A program made the position numbers and the translations under genes. A stretch of 64,000 bases of DNA from Escherichia coli (lineage in GTDB: Bacteria; Pseudomonadota; Gammaproteobacteria; Enterobacterales; Enterobacteriaceae), in assembly GCF_048403405.1 (NCBI RefSeq), contig NZ_CP183129.1; one strand, 5' to 3'. Shown here in pieces: positions 35,298 to 44,617 of this stretch (position 1 is the first letter of the stretch; every line of letters begins with the position of its first letter). Under the pieces are notes generated by a model, which was not told the DNA's origin, made no database searches, and saw only the letters and a program-made list of their open reading frames with translations.

Positions 35298-36293
35298 TTA
35301 CGCCAGTACGCCTATTGCCAGCGCACGATCGATAAAACGAAATATCAGCTCCAGCTGGGAGCCATACTTCTCTTCAAATGCCACGGTATCCGCATGCAGC
35401 TCGTCGTGATGCTTTCTGCACAAAGGCAACACAAAAAGGTCATGCGCTTTTGTACCCATTCCCCCCTGACCGTGGCCTATCAGGTGGTGGGGATCATCAG
35501 CAGGTTTTCCACAACATGCGCACGGCTGCGTCTTAACCCAGCGCGTGTACTTTTCATTAACCCAGCGGTGACGTTTTGGGCGTAACATAAAAGACTCCGG
35601 CGACTCCGGATCCACTTTCAGCGCCAGCACCTTTTTCGCCTTATCCTGGATGATGCTGGTGGCAGGAACCGAAGGCACAAGGTCACTTTCCCGGGTAACA
35701 GACGGCACAACAGGCTTCGGTAATCTCAGTGCCTTACGGGCTGCACTTTCCGGTAAGGCATCCGCCAGATCATTACGAATCAGCCACCAGCACAGTTCCG
35801 GCATTGTCACAACATGACTGTCATCAAAACCGAGATCCCGACGCACAACAGACAACACCCAGCGGGCACAGTTATCCGTTGCCATTGATTCCAGCCGTTC
35901 CGTGAACTGATCGCGCAGCTGGTTATCGCAGTGCCAGCACAGACGGATTGCGCCCGGAGCGTGTCGCATTGTTGTCATATTCTCGCTGTGCCAGTCGGAA
36001 TGAGGCCACTGGCAGCCTTTTTCACGAAGTAACCAGCTTTCAAGACATTCCACGCCACCAGCACGACGGATCACTGCCTCATTGCGGAACACGGCCCGAA
36101 CGGCAGGATCATCCGCCAGCGGTTGTGATGCCGCCGGAACGGCACCACTGGCGAAAGATGAATAACGTTCCGGCTCAGGCTCCAGCAGGACACGCCCCTG
36201 CATAAACAAGGGCATCAGCTCTGAACCTGGTCTGAACAATACGATCCCCATACGCGGGGCAATTTCAGGGGTCAGTAGTGCTCTCACGGTCAC
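35298..36293 (-). CDS. DUF968-family protein (YdfU-like) with HNH-like Cys/His cluster
   Basis: 331 aa; C-terminal CACCGKPADDPHHLIGHG...CRKHHDELH. Confidence 0.65.
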   Translation of the reverse strand: MTVRALLTPEIAPRMGIVLFRPGSELMPLFMQGRVLLEPEPERYSSFASGAVPAASQPLADDPAVRAVFRNEAVIRRAGGVECLESWLLREKGCQWPHSDWHSENMTTMRHAPGAIRLCWHCDNQLRDQFTERLESMATDNCARWVLSVVRRDLGFDDSHVVTMPELCWWLIRNDLADALPESAARKALRLPKPVVPSVTRESDLVPSVPATSIIQDKAKKVLALKVDPESPESFMLRPKRHRWVNEKYTRWVKTQPCACCGKPADDPHHLIGHGQGGMGTKAHDLFVLPLCRKHHDELHADTVAFEEKYGSQLELIFRFIDRALAIGVLA

Positions 36294-36294
36294 C

Positions 36295-37122
36295 TCAATG
36301 AACGGTATCGAGCAGCTTTAACAGCTCAGGGAATCGGGATTCGAAGAAATGCGGCTGCGTCTCGCGCGGATTTGCAGGACTGGTGATGTTCTTGCCGAAC
36401 ATGCAGCCTTTCGCGGTCAGCGACCAGAATTTTTTGATGTTGTTAATCGCGGTACGACTGTATCGTTCGCGTTGTTCAACGATCCCCAGCTTCGCCATCT
36501 GGTGATATGCCTGATTAGCCGTCAGGCGGATACCATACTGCTTCAGCAGTGCACTCAGCGACAGCGTAGGGCGGCTTGAACCATCTGGCGCATCAGCAGG
36601 TGCATCAATGGCATAGATCGGCATAAGTTCAGGAAGACCAGCTACCTTTGATAATTTCTGGTATGCACCAAGTTTCGAGGAGTTTGACAGATTTAGAGTC
36701 TTTGCTGCTGATTCAAGCAGAATGACCCCGGATTTAATTTTGTCGGATGTGGTTTCTTCTGGTGATGAATTATGAAGCGCATCAAAAGTACGTATCACTT
36801 TTAAGCTGAATGCCGGGCTGATCCACATTGCATATGCATAGACCAGCTCTTTACAGACATACGTCCCACCATTGCGCCCCTGAATGGTGATGACAGGAAT
36901 ACTACGGGAATCTCCCGTAGTTTCTTCTTCCAATAATTCCACAAGAGCCTTCGTTTCAGGACGACGCATAAACTCGTGAACTTCCAGCGAACGGGAGGAG
37001 CGATTCTCACCAGCGGCAAGAAGAGCAGCTTTCTGAAGGTCGTTAAGACAGTAGTTAGATTCGAAGTACTGGCGCACAGAAACGCCATCAATTACAAGCA
37101 ACTGATTCATTGGTTTCTCCAC
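36295..37122 (-). CDS. KilA-N domain protein (antirepressor-like)
   Basis: 275 aa; N-terminal KilA-N-like region. Confidence 0.6.
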   Translation of the reverse strand: MEKPMNQLLVIDGVSVRQYFESNYCLNDLQKAALLAAGENRSSRSLEVHEFMRRPETKALVELLEEETTGDSRSIPVITIQGRNGGTYVCKELVYAYAMWISPAFSLKVIRTFDALHNSSPEETTSDKIKSGVILLESAAKTLNLSNSSKLGAYQKLSKVAGLPELMPIYAIDAPADAPDGSSRPTLSLSALLKQYGIRLTANQAYHQMAKLGIVEQRERYSRTAINNIKKFWSLTAKGCMFGKNITSPANPRETQPHFFESRFPELLKLLDTVH

Positions 37123-37272
37123 AAATTTTTATCCACGAGCGGGACTGCACTCCCTTTTCGTTGATGCAGGATGAACTTACTGCGATTTTTAATAGTTATC
37201 AAGGATACACTGTTCATAAATACAGTATCTTTAACGAGGTAATACCCAAATTTAGGGTGTTGCTCAATTCCG

Positions 37273-37668
37273 TTACCGAGTTGCTAATTTGCAACTCGCT
37301 TTTTCGTACTTACTGATAGTGATCTCGACCTTCCCCTCCGGGATAACCGGTCCCCACTCCACCAGCATTCTTTTCACCTGACTGTCGTCTTCCCACACAC
37401 CCGCGTGGGTCAGGGCGTCAAACAGCGCCTTGTTATAGTTGTCCAGATCGCGGATCCGGTTATCCGGAGGAAACAACACGATCTCCACTGAAGCAGGTGC
37501 CGACGTTGGTTTTGGCAGACGACGTAACTGCTCAACTATTGCTGCACACGCCGCGCTCTGGAATTTTCGCCCCGCCGCGCTTATCAGGCTCTTACCAGCA
37601 AACGCCCCTTTGTTGGGGTGTCGCCAGTACGTGTTCACGCTGGTCGGAAAAGGCAGGATCAGCTTCAT
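37273..37668 (-). CDS. rusA: Holliday junction resolvase RusA
   Basis: 131 aa; RDLDNYNKALFDALTHAGVWEDDSQV motif. Confidence 0.85.
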   Translation of the reverse strand: MKLILPFPTSVNTYWRHPNKGAFAGKSLISAAGRKFQSAACAAIVEQLRRLPKPTSAPASVEIVLFPPDNRIRDLDNYNKALFDALTHAGVWEDDSQVKRMLVEWGPVIPEGKVEITISKYEKASCKLATR

Positions 37669-37991
37669 ACTTTCAGGCCCCTCTCATGTAACCAGTGGGC
37701 TGCACGCAGCCTGGCGTTTTCCTCACCGGCAAGCAGTGAGCGGATAATCCCGACCGCCTCGCTGTCGTCGTCCTTCACCACGGTATGAAGCGTGATCCCC
37801 CGGGCCACACCACGCTTTATCGTGATGACGCCTTTTTTCTCCAGTGCGCGAAGATGCTCCACCGCTGCATTCACTGAACGGTATCCCAGCATGGTTGCCA
37901 CCTCCTGATTGGTTGGCGGGAAGCCACGTTCTTTCTGATAAGAAATCAGCATATCCAGCACCTGCTGCTGGCATTGAGTTAAAGTCGTCAT
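37665..37991 (-). CDS. LexA-type winged-helix DNA-binding protein (no peptidase domain)
   Basis: 108 aa; LTQCQQQVLDMLISYQKERGFPPTNQEVATMLGYRSVNAAVEHLRALEKKGVI. Confidence 0.6.
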   Translation of the reverse strand: MTTLTQCQQQVLDMLISYQKERGFPPTNQEVATMLGYRSVNAAVEHLRALEKKGVITIKRGVARGITLHTVVKDDDSEAVGIIRSLLAGEENARLRAAHWLHERGLKV

Positions 37992-38641
37992 GCCGCCATC
38001 TCCCTGACCAGTTTTTCCGCCTGCTGGCGAACCTGCGCCAGAAACGCCTCACCACATGCCTCAAGTTCATCGCGCCCGATGTAGCTGATTGCCGGTCCCT
38101 TCCAGGTCTTGTCGAAAACAGCAATAGCACCAGCGAAGAAAGCGCCTGTCGGCACCTGCTTCTCATCTTTCGGGATAAACCAGGCAGGCAGTTCAAAACC
38201 AATACGCCCGCGAATAAAAGCAATATGATCTGCATCTTCCGGCCACCACACTTCGCTGGTGGCAGCTTTGATCAGGAAAACATAGCGCCCGCCTTTATCA
38301 CGCATGGCACTGGCATGTTTCATGATGTAACGCATGCCGGTGATGTATTGCCCCTCATGCTGACTGGCGCGGCTGTATGGGGGATTACCAAAGGCAGCAC
38401 CTTTAAGCTCCGCAAGACGTTCTGACCAGTCATGCGCCAGCGCGTTGTCTTCCGCCGTGTAATACGCGGTACATTTGGCGTTATCACCGTCAGTAAACAG
38501 ATCCAGGACAAACGGGCCAAACAGGGTGTTAATTCCCCAGAAAATGTTATCCGGCGTGCGCCACTGATCGCCCACTTCCTTCAGTTCATGGGCTGGTTTG
38601 TTCCGCAGCTCCACCAGCTCCTGGCAATATTTATTACTCAT
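37988..38641 (-). CDS. phage DNA N6-adenine methyltransferase (Dam family)
   Basis: NPPY motif (GNPPYSR); start set at MSNKYCQ. Confidence 0.8.
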   Translation of the reverse strand: MSNKYCQELVELRNKPAHELKEVGDQWRTPDNIFWGINTLFGPFVLDLFTDGDNAKCTAYYTAEDNALAHDWSERLAELKGAAFGNPPYSRASQHEGQYITGMRYIMKHASAMRDKGGRYVFLIKAATSEVWWPEDADHIAFIRGRIGFELPAWFIPKDEKQVPTGAFFAGAIAVFDKTWKGPAISYIGRDELEACGEAFLAQVRQQAEKLVREMAA

Positions 38642-39129
38642 TAAGCCCCCACGTAATTCCCTGACAGATACCACTCATCACCCGATACAGCGCGCTTGCT
38701 GCTTTTCCGTAAGCACCGCTCACGACGTGCCAGAAAATTGTTTCGTTCTGGCTGGGAGTGGCTTTCACGGAATGCCGCCATCCACACGGTTGCAGCACGA
38801 CGGTATAAGCCCCTGGACTCCAGTTCTTCAGCCTGGCGGGTCAGGCACAAAATCACCCGGGGATCGTTAGTGCCGACATAGAAATTGCGCACAGGTCTGG
38901 TTTCACGAACTGGTTGTGGTTCCGGCTCCTGCGCTCTCTCAGTCAGGCGCGGGAAATGTCTGCGTGTATATCCTTCACAACGGTGAGCCACACGCCCACT
39001 CTGACGTAACTTGCTTGCAGACTGCAGAACGCGCTGCCGTGAGTAACCTGCAAAAGCATCCGCAATGTCTCCGGAAGTACACCCCGGATGGGCTTCAATG
39101 AATTTCTGAACTTCATTCAAAAGACTCAT
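38641..39129 (-). CDS. PerC-family-like transcriptional regulator
   Basis: C-terminal LESRGLYRRAATVWMAAF...RRERCLR resembles the PerC/Pch signature. Confidence 0.5.
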   Translation of the reverse strand: MSLLNEVQKFIEAHPGCTSGDIADAFAGYSRQRVLQSASKLRQSGRVAHRCEGYTRRHFPRLTERAQEPEPQPVRETRPVRNFYVGTNDPRVILCLTRQAEELESRGLYRRAATVWMAAFRESHSQPERNNFLARRERCLRKSSKRAVSGDEWYLSGNYVGA

Positions 39130-39131
39130 GA

Positions 39132-39950
39132 TTATCCCCTGAATCCTGCCGGGATCTGGCTGTAGTCCACGTTGTCGTAACTGGCTTTGAAGTACGGGTC
39201 CTCGCGTCTGGCTGCAGATACCGCAGGAACTTCCCAGGATTCTTCGAAATGACGATCCGGACCAAAGAACGTGACAGCCTGTTTCACAAATTGTGTGCCG
39301 CTGTTACCCATCGCAGATACCCAGCCCGCGTAGCGTTTCACACCTTCCAGCATGGTTTCGGGTTTTACCCCCTCATTCAAACGGGCTTTCCAGGCTTTGA
39401 AGGCTGCAGATTTTGAATTGCCACCAGCACGTTTGGGGTATGCCAGCCATGCCTGCTCAAACTCCGGAGAGTATTCCGGTCGGTTTGAACGAACTCGCAC
39501 AGACTCATCAGCAGATGCACCAACAGCTATTGGTTCATTGACTGGTTCTTTGACTGGTTCAAAAGAGTGACTGGTTCTGGGTGAATCTCCTGCACCACCC
39601 CCTGGTGCAACTCCTGCACTACCTGGTGAATTTGCTGCACCAGATAGTGAATTATTTGCACTACCCCCTAGTGAATCTCCTGCACCATCAAGATGAAGGA
39701 GATAGATATTACTTGAGTTACCTTTTTCACCTTTCCGGGTGACTTTTTTTACCAGCCCGGAATCACAAAGGGCCGCAATATGATTCATCACAGAACGTTT
39801 GCTAATCTCGCACTGGTCAGCAATATGCTGGTAGCTGGGCCAGCACTCACCCTGATCGCTGGCATTATCAGCCAGCTTGATCAGAACCAGTTTTCGCAAT
39901 GGATTACCCACTCGAATTTTCATCGCTTTAACCATCAGCTCCATACTCAT
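39132..39950 (-). CDS. replication initiation protein (O-like N-terminal wHTH; DnaT-like C-terminus)
   Basis: C-terminus ...YSQIPAGFRG parallels host DnaT ...[10 protein letters not shown] encoded at 56947..57486; start uncertain. Confidence 0.7.
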   Translation of the reverse strand: MSMELMVKAMKIRVGNPLRKLVLIKLADNASDQGECWPSYQHIADQCEISKRSVMNHIAALCDSGLVKKVTRKGEKGNSSNIYLLHLDGAGDSLGGSANNSLSGAANSPGSAGVAPGGGAGDSPRTSHSFEPVKEPVNEPIAVGASADESVRVRSNRPEYSPEFEQAWLAYPKRAGGNSKSAAFKAWKARLNEGVKPETMLEGVKRYAGWVSAMGNSGTQFVKQAVTFFGPDRHFEESWEVPAVSAARREDPYFKASYDNVDYSQIPAGFRG

Positions 39951-40183
39951 GCTGCACCTCCGAGATGCTTCATGTTTTTTCCGGAGCAAAAGGCTATAAG
40001 CGGCATACTGATGCGGTAATTACGGCCCAGCGGTTCACAAATCACCTTCTGACATTCACGGTCAACCAGGCTAACACGTAGAACATGCCCTGCAGGCGTG
40101 GTGTACCACTGCCCAACTGTAGGAATTGATGTTTTTTTACGCTGAAGCAAACGGCAAATATTGAGGATCAACGGATTAAGCAT
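39947..40183 (-). CDS. hypothetical protein (78 aa), translationally coupled in the replication operon
   Basis: Overlaps neighbouring ORFs at both ends. Confidence 0.45.
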   Translation of the reverse strand: MLNPLILNICRLLQRKKTSIPTVGQWYTTPAGHVLRVSLVDRECQKVICEPLGRNYRISMPLIAFCSGKNMKHLGGAA

Positions 40184-41012
40184 GACGATGCCCTCCGCTG
40201 ATATTCAGGAGACGGTGAATATGAAAATTAGCCTTATCCGCCAGACGAATACGTTCAGCCTGCAAGTTAAGAAGGGTTTCTACCAAAACCTGATGCGCCT
40301 GCGGATCCGAAAGAGTTACCTTGCGCAGAGCACGTAGTGCAGTTGTTACATAACTGAGTTTATGTAAGTCTTCATCATTCAGACGAGTGAGGGCTGGGAC
40401 AGTAGCCATGATGGCAGCCTCCGATAACAGTGAATTACCTTCACCACCGGAAACGCCAATTTCGCTGGTGGTGAACTGAACGGGGTTGGCGTAACCGGCG
40501 TTATCGGAAACCGGCGCACCTTTCGGTGCCCCCGTCCAGCCCACCATAATTTGGGTGTGCACAGACGCAGACGATAAAAAAGACGCTGGCGCGTCATATA
40601 TCGCCGATAACATTTCCAGGACGCCAATCCCGTCACCCGCTTTATAAGGTGCCTGAACAGTGTAACGTCCCGGAATGGCAGAATCAATGTGCTGGTGGTC
40701 CTTCACACTCAACAAAATCACGCCTGAATTTCCACAAAGGACTAAAGCACTCATGCGGGTAGTCTTTGCGAAGATAGATAACGCGCTGTGTTTCTGGTTC
40801 CCAACGAATAACATGGACATAAAGCCCTCTTCCGTCACGAAACCAGCGGTTAAGTTCCCGCACAACTCGCCCCCCACAGTCAGGTAAAGTTCTCTGTGGT
40901 TACTTACAGCCAGGTAATTTGGTAATCTGCATTCATGCCGTAACAACAGGTGTTCAGCGACACTGACCACCAGCTGTTGCGACAAACGGTTATTTGCCGT
41001 TAAACTGTTCAT
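40176..41012 (-). CDS. hypothetical protein (278 aa), translationally coupled between the CII-like and O-like genes
   Basis: ATGA overlap with the upstream gene; no recognisable motif. Confidence 0.5.
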   Translation of the reverse strand: MNSLTANNRLSQQLVVSVAEHLLLRHECRLPNYLAVSNHRELYLTVGGELCGNLTAGFVTEEGFMSMLFVGNQKHSALSIFAKTTRMSALVLCGNSGVILLSVKDHQHIDSAIPGRYTVQAPYKAGDGIGVLEMLSAIYDAPASFLSSASVHTQIMVGWTGAPKGAPVSDNAGYANPVQFTTSEIGVSGGEGNSLLSEAAIMATVPALTRLNDEDLHKLSYVTTALRALRKVTLSDPQAHQVLVETLLNLQAERIRLADKANFHIHRLLNISGGHRHA

Positions 41013-41572
41013 GCGTTAGTTTCTCCACAGACACAAAACGCCACGACGCCCGGAGCTGCACACTCGCGGGCGTCACTCTTTTCTGGAGCGCAAAAGATTT
41101 TGTAGACCAGTGCTGCATGCTCTTGGAGCTTCGAAATTGACAGATACAACTCATCATTAATTGCTGTCTGCTCGTGTGGCTCCACGACCCCATCTTCGAT
41201 TGCCGAACGAATCTGCTTTGAGTAATTCCCGATCTGTTCGATGACTTCCAGCAGGCGCTGGTTTATATCGGCGTTCTCTACTTCCTCAATTTCAGGAAGC
41301 GATACGAACACCCCACCAGCAGACTGTGCGACAGCATCCGCAATGTAGTGAGTGCCAGCCGCGCGCTGTAAAACCATTGCCCATCCCAGCGGGAAAATCT
41401 GATCGCCATCGGCACGAAGGCGGTTAAATAATGCGTTCTCTGTTACATCCAGCCAGTCAGCTGCTTCAGCGTAACCACCCGGCAACGCTGCGATAGTTTT
41501 TCTGACAGCTTTCACGTACCACTCAGGCTGTTTTTCTACTTTCCAGTGATACTTACCCACGGTTAGCCTCAT
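41009..41572 (-). CDS. CII-like regulator (YdaT-family-like)
   Basis: 187 aa, immediately downstream of the cro-like gene. Confidence 0.5.
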   Translation of the reverse strand: MRLTVGKYHWKVEKQPEWYVKAVRKTIAALPGGYAEAADWLDVTENALFNRLRADGDQIFPLGWAMVLQRAAGTHYIADAVAQSAGGVFVSLPEIEEVENADINQRLLEVIEQIGNYSKQIRSAIEDGVVEPHEQTAINDELYLSISKLQEHAALVYKIFCAPEKSDARECAAPGVVAFCVCGETNA

Positions 41573-41603
41573 CGTTCTGTGGTTAAAAATTGAAGGTGTT
41601 CTG

Positions 41604-41804
41604 TTAATCTTTCGGATAGATATCCGGTCTTAAGTCAGATTTCGTAATTGCACCTGACGTGCATTGCTCAAGTTTTTTCGCCAGCACAAAACTGGCTTTT
41701 TTATAACCATTGAAAACCAGCCGTAAGTAGCCAGGTGTTGAGCCAACTTTTCCGGCCAACTCGCCCTGCTGTTCTTTGGTTAAAGAGTCCCAATACGCTT
41801 TCAT
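41604..41804 (-). CDS. cro: Cro-like HTH regulator (YdaS-like)
   Basis: 66 aa from MKAYWDSLTKEQQGELAGKVGSTPGYLRLV...; RBS ggagg; divergent from cI. Confidence 0.7.
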   Translation of the reverse strand: MKAYWDSLTKEQQGELAGKVGSTPGYLRLVFNGYKKASFVLAKKLEQCTSGAITKSDLRPDIYPKD

Positions 41805-41826
41805 ACAATATGTACCTCCGGTATAC

Positions 41827-41854
41827 ATATTACATGATTGAAATGAACCTTCAA
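41827..41854 (-). promoter_or_regulatory. PR-like promoter (-35 TTGAAG, 16-nt spacer, -10 TAATAT)
   Basis: Read on the minus strand upstream of cro. Confidence 0.4.
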
Positions 41855-41860
41855 GATACT

Positions 41861-41877
41861 TGTACCTTATCGGTACA
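41861..41877. promoter_or_regulatory. operator-like 17-bp perfect palindrome TGTACCTTATCGGTACA
   Basis: Between the divergent cI and cro starts; related half-sites nearby and at the PL-like promoter. Confidence 0.5.
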
Positions 41878-41894
41878 AAGGTTTTAATTTCGTT

Positions 41895-42569
41895 ATGAAA
41901 ACAATCCATGACATCCGGCGGTCTAACGCCAGAAAACTGAGAGATGGTGTTGGCGGAAATTCATCCTTTGCCACCATGATTGATCGCGAGCCAACCCAAA
42001 CCAGCAGGTTTATGGGGGATGGCGCTACTAAAAATATCGGTGACAGCATGGCACGGCACATCGAAAAATGTTTCGACCTGCCTGTCGGATGGCTTGATCA
42101 AGAACACCAGACAACGAACATCACAAAAAAACCTGATGTTTCAATCACTAACAAACAAATAACGTTAGTCCCTGTCATATCATGGGTACAGGCCGGAGCA
42201 TGGAAAGAAGTTGGCTATTCTGAGGTTGATTTGAGCACAGCAGAAACGTATCCCTGCCCTGTACCCTGTGGCGAAATGACTTATATCTTGCGGGTGATTG
42301 GTGATTCAATGATTGATGAGTACCGCCCTGGAGACATGATTTTTGTTGATCCCGAAGTCCCTGCCTGCCACGGTGACGACGTTATTGCATTGATGCACGA
42401 TACAGGCGAAACCACCTTCAAGCGATTGATAGAAGATGGAACACAGCGTTATCTCAAAGCATTAAACCCAAACTGGCCTGAGCCTTACATTAAGATTAAC
42501 GGTAATTGCTCTATAATTGGTACAGTGATTTTCTCGGGAAAACCAAGAAGATACACAATAAAGGCCTAA
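41895..42569 (+). CDS. cI: CI-like repressor (HTH plus S24 LexA-like peptidase domain)
   Basis: 224 aa; Ala-Gly site in VQAGAW, Ser in GDSM, Lys in TFKRL. Confidence 0.9.
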   Translation: MKTIHDIRRSNARKLRDGVGGNSSFATMIDREPTQTSRFMGDGATKNIGDSMARHIEKCFDLPVGWLDQEHQTTNITKKPDVSITNKQITLVPVISWVQAGAWKEVGYSEVDLSTAETYPCPVPCGEMTYILRVIGDSMIDEYRPGDMIFVDPEVPACHGDDVIALMHDTGETTFKRLIEDGTQRYLKALNPNWPEPYIKINGNCSIIGTVIFSGKPRRYTIKA

Positions 42570-42582
42570 TCAATATTTATGA

Positions 42583-42604
42583 ACCTGCTTCGGCAGGTTT
42601 TTTT
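42583..42604 (+). terminator. intrinsic terminator after cI
   Basis: acctgcttcggcaggt followed by ttttttt. Confidence 0.6.
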
Positions 42605-42608
42605 ATAC

Positions 42609-42636
42609 TTGACAATGTACCCATGAGATACATAAT
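42609..42636 (+). promoter_or_regulatory. PL-like promoter (-35 TTGACA, 16-nt spacer, -10 CATAAT)
   Basis: Directly after the cI terminator, directed toward the early-left genes. Confidence 0.5.
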
Positions 42637-43039
42637 GTATCCAAAAGAAACATGAGGCAGGCAAGATTCAAACAAAATTTGGTTGTAACACGGCGTATGG
42701 CACATGCGTCGTTAGCGGTCTGGGGACGTTAAAGGGGACAATCCACTTCTTGCTCGGGCAAACAAACCAGGTAGTCGGAATGTGCAAGTCAATGATGATG
42801 CTGATAAGACGCCTAACCAGCGTGGCGATCCGGTTTGACGCCTGGGAAGAGACCAGGGTGCAACGATGAGGGCATTTATGGAGCCGCGACAAAGTGTGGT
42901 GCCGTAACTGGCTAAGTGCTCTCAGCGTTGTGGTAATCCGCGAAATGGCGCGGCGGTAAGTATGGCGGGGTTACTCTTTCCCCGTTGAGGACACCGGATT
43001 GTCAGGTTGACCATACGCCTGAGTGACAACCCCACCACA

Positions 43040-43100
43040 ACAGCCACTGCTTTGGCGGTACCAGTTTGTACACTTGCTTCCGGCTGGTACCGCTCTTTTT
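43040..43100 (+). ncRNA. DicF-like sRNA candidate ending in an intrinsic terminator
   Basis: tttggcggtaccagttt resembles the DicF core as I recall it; perfect 10-bp stem gcggtaccag/ctggtaccgc (43055..43093) followed by tcttttt. Confidence 0.4.
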
Positions 43101-43237
43101 ACAAAACAGAGAAGAGCATCACCGGACGACAGGCTCATAACCCAATCCATCCGGGCGGCTGCCACCGCAGGTGTTCTTCTCTGTTTTGTGGAGAAACCAA
43201 CCGACCTTGCAGGGTCGATATGATGAGGAGCAGCAAA

Positions 43238-43600
43238 ATGGCTAGCGAACGCAGTACTGATGTGCAGGCATTTATCGGGGAGCTGGACGGCGGCGTATTT
43301 GAAACCAAAATCGGCGCAGTTCTCAGTGAAGTCGCTTCCGGTGTGATGAACACGAAAACCAAAGGTAAGGTCTCACTCAACCTGGAAATCGAACCATTTG
43401 ATGAGAACCGTGTGAAAATCAAACACAAACTCTCATATGTTCGCCCGACTAACCGCGGGAAAATTTCCGAAGAAGACACCACCGAAACGCCGATGTATGT
43501 CAATCGCGGTGGTCGCCTGACTATTCTGCAGGAAGACCAGGGACAATTACTGACTCTTGCCGGTGAACCTGACGGAAAACTACGCGCAGCAGGTCATTAA
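43238..43600 (+). CDS. hypothetical protein (120 aa), first gene of the early-left operon
   Basis: RBS aggag 8 nt upstream of ATG GCT AGC (MASERSTDV...). Confidence 0.5.
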   Translation: MASERSTDVQAFIGELDGGVFETKIGAVLSEVASGVMNTKTKGKVSLNLEIEPFDENRVKIKHKLSYVRPTNRGKISEEDTTETPMYVNRGGRLTILQEDQGQLLTLAGEPDGKLRAAGH

Positions 43601-43665
43601 TATCGTTCTTAATTAACTGATTATTTATCTCATCACTGAATATCTTTATATAGTGAGGACTTATT

Positions 43666-44490
43666 ATGTCTCAGAACTTAGACGCAACCGCAATTAATCA
43701 AATCCATGCCCTTATTTCTGCTCAGGGTGTTAATGAAATTATCAGTAATATTGGTGCCGATGCTGTGGCATTGCCTGAGAATTTCCGCATTCATGATCTG
43801 GAAAAATTTAATTTAAATCGCTTCCGTTTCCGTGGTGCGCTTTCCACTGCCAGCATCGATGACTTTACCCGTTATTCTAAAGATCTTGCAGATGAAGGCA
43901 CCCGCTGCTTTATCGATGCTGATAATATGCGTGCCGTCAGTGTACTTAACCTGGGTACTATTGATGAACCAGGTCACGCAGATAACACCGCCACTCTCAA
44001 ACTGAAAAAGACAGCACCGTTCTCTGCCCTGTTGTCTGTTAACGGCGAGCGTAACTCCCAGAAGTCACTGGCAGAATGGATTGAAGACTGGGCCGACTAC
44101 CTTGTGGGCTTTGATGCTAATGGTGACACCATTCAGGCAACAAAAGCGGCTGCGGCAGTCCGTAAAATCACGATTGAAGCAAACCAGACCGCTGATTTTG
44201 AAGATAATGACTTCAGCGGCAAACGCTCCCTGATGGAATCTGTCGAAGCGAAGACCAAAGACATTATGCCAGTGGCATTTGAATTTAAATGCGTTCCGTT
44301 TGAAGGTCTGAAAGAACGTCCGTTTAAATTACGCCTCAGCATTATCACTGGCGATCGTCCTGTACTGGTTCTGCGCATTATTCAGCTGGAAGCGGTGCAG
44401 GAAGATATGGCTAACGAATTTCGTGATCTGCTTGTTGAGAAATTCAAAGACAGCAAAGTAGAAACCTTTATTGGTACTTTCACCGCCTGA
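43666..44490 (+). CDS. YfdQ-like protein
   Basis: 274 aa; same length and position as CPS-53 yfdQ, upstream of an HD-domain gene. Confidence 0.5.
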   Translation: MSQNLDATAINQIHALISAQGVNEIISNIGADAVALPENFRIHDLEKFNLNRFRFRGALSTASIDDFTRYSKDLADEGTRCFIDADNMRAVSVLNLGTIDEPGHADNTATLKLKKTAPFSALLSVNGERNSQKSLAEWIEDWADYLVGFDANGDTIQATKAAAAVRKITIEANQTADFEDNDFSGKRSLMESVEAKTKDIMPVAFEFKCVPFEGLKERPFKLRLSIITGDRPVLVLRIIQLEAVQEDMANEFRDLLVEKFKDSKVETFIGTFTA

Positions 44491-44617
44491 TTTCATTACT
44501 GCAAATGCCCCTGCGGGGGCATTTATGGAAACGTAATTAACTCAATAATCACCGGATGGTGAGGGCTTCCTTTTACCCAAACTCAGCGCGGTGCAGCGCA
44601 TATACGTGGAGAACAAA

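Noticed and set aside
42668-42892. 74-aa minus-strand ORF in the PL leader
   Set aside because: Opposes the direction of the flanking promoter and terminator; translation is low-complexity.
43087-43100. boxA-like sequence cgctcttttta, considered as a nutL site
   Set aside because: It is the U-tract and 3' stem arm of a perfect 10-bp hairpin terminator; no adjacent boxB hairpin or N-like gene was found.
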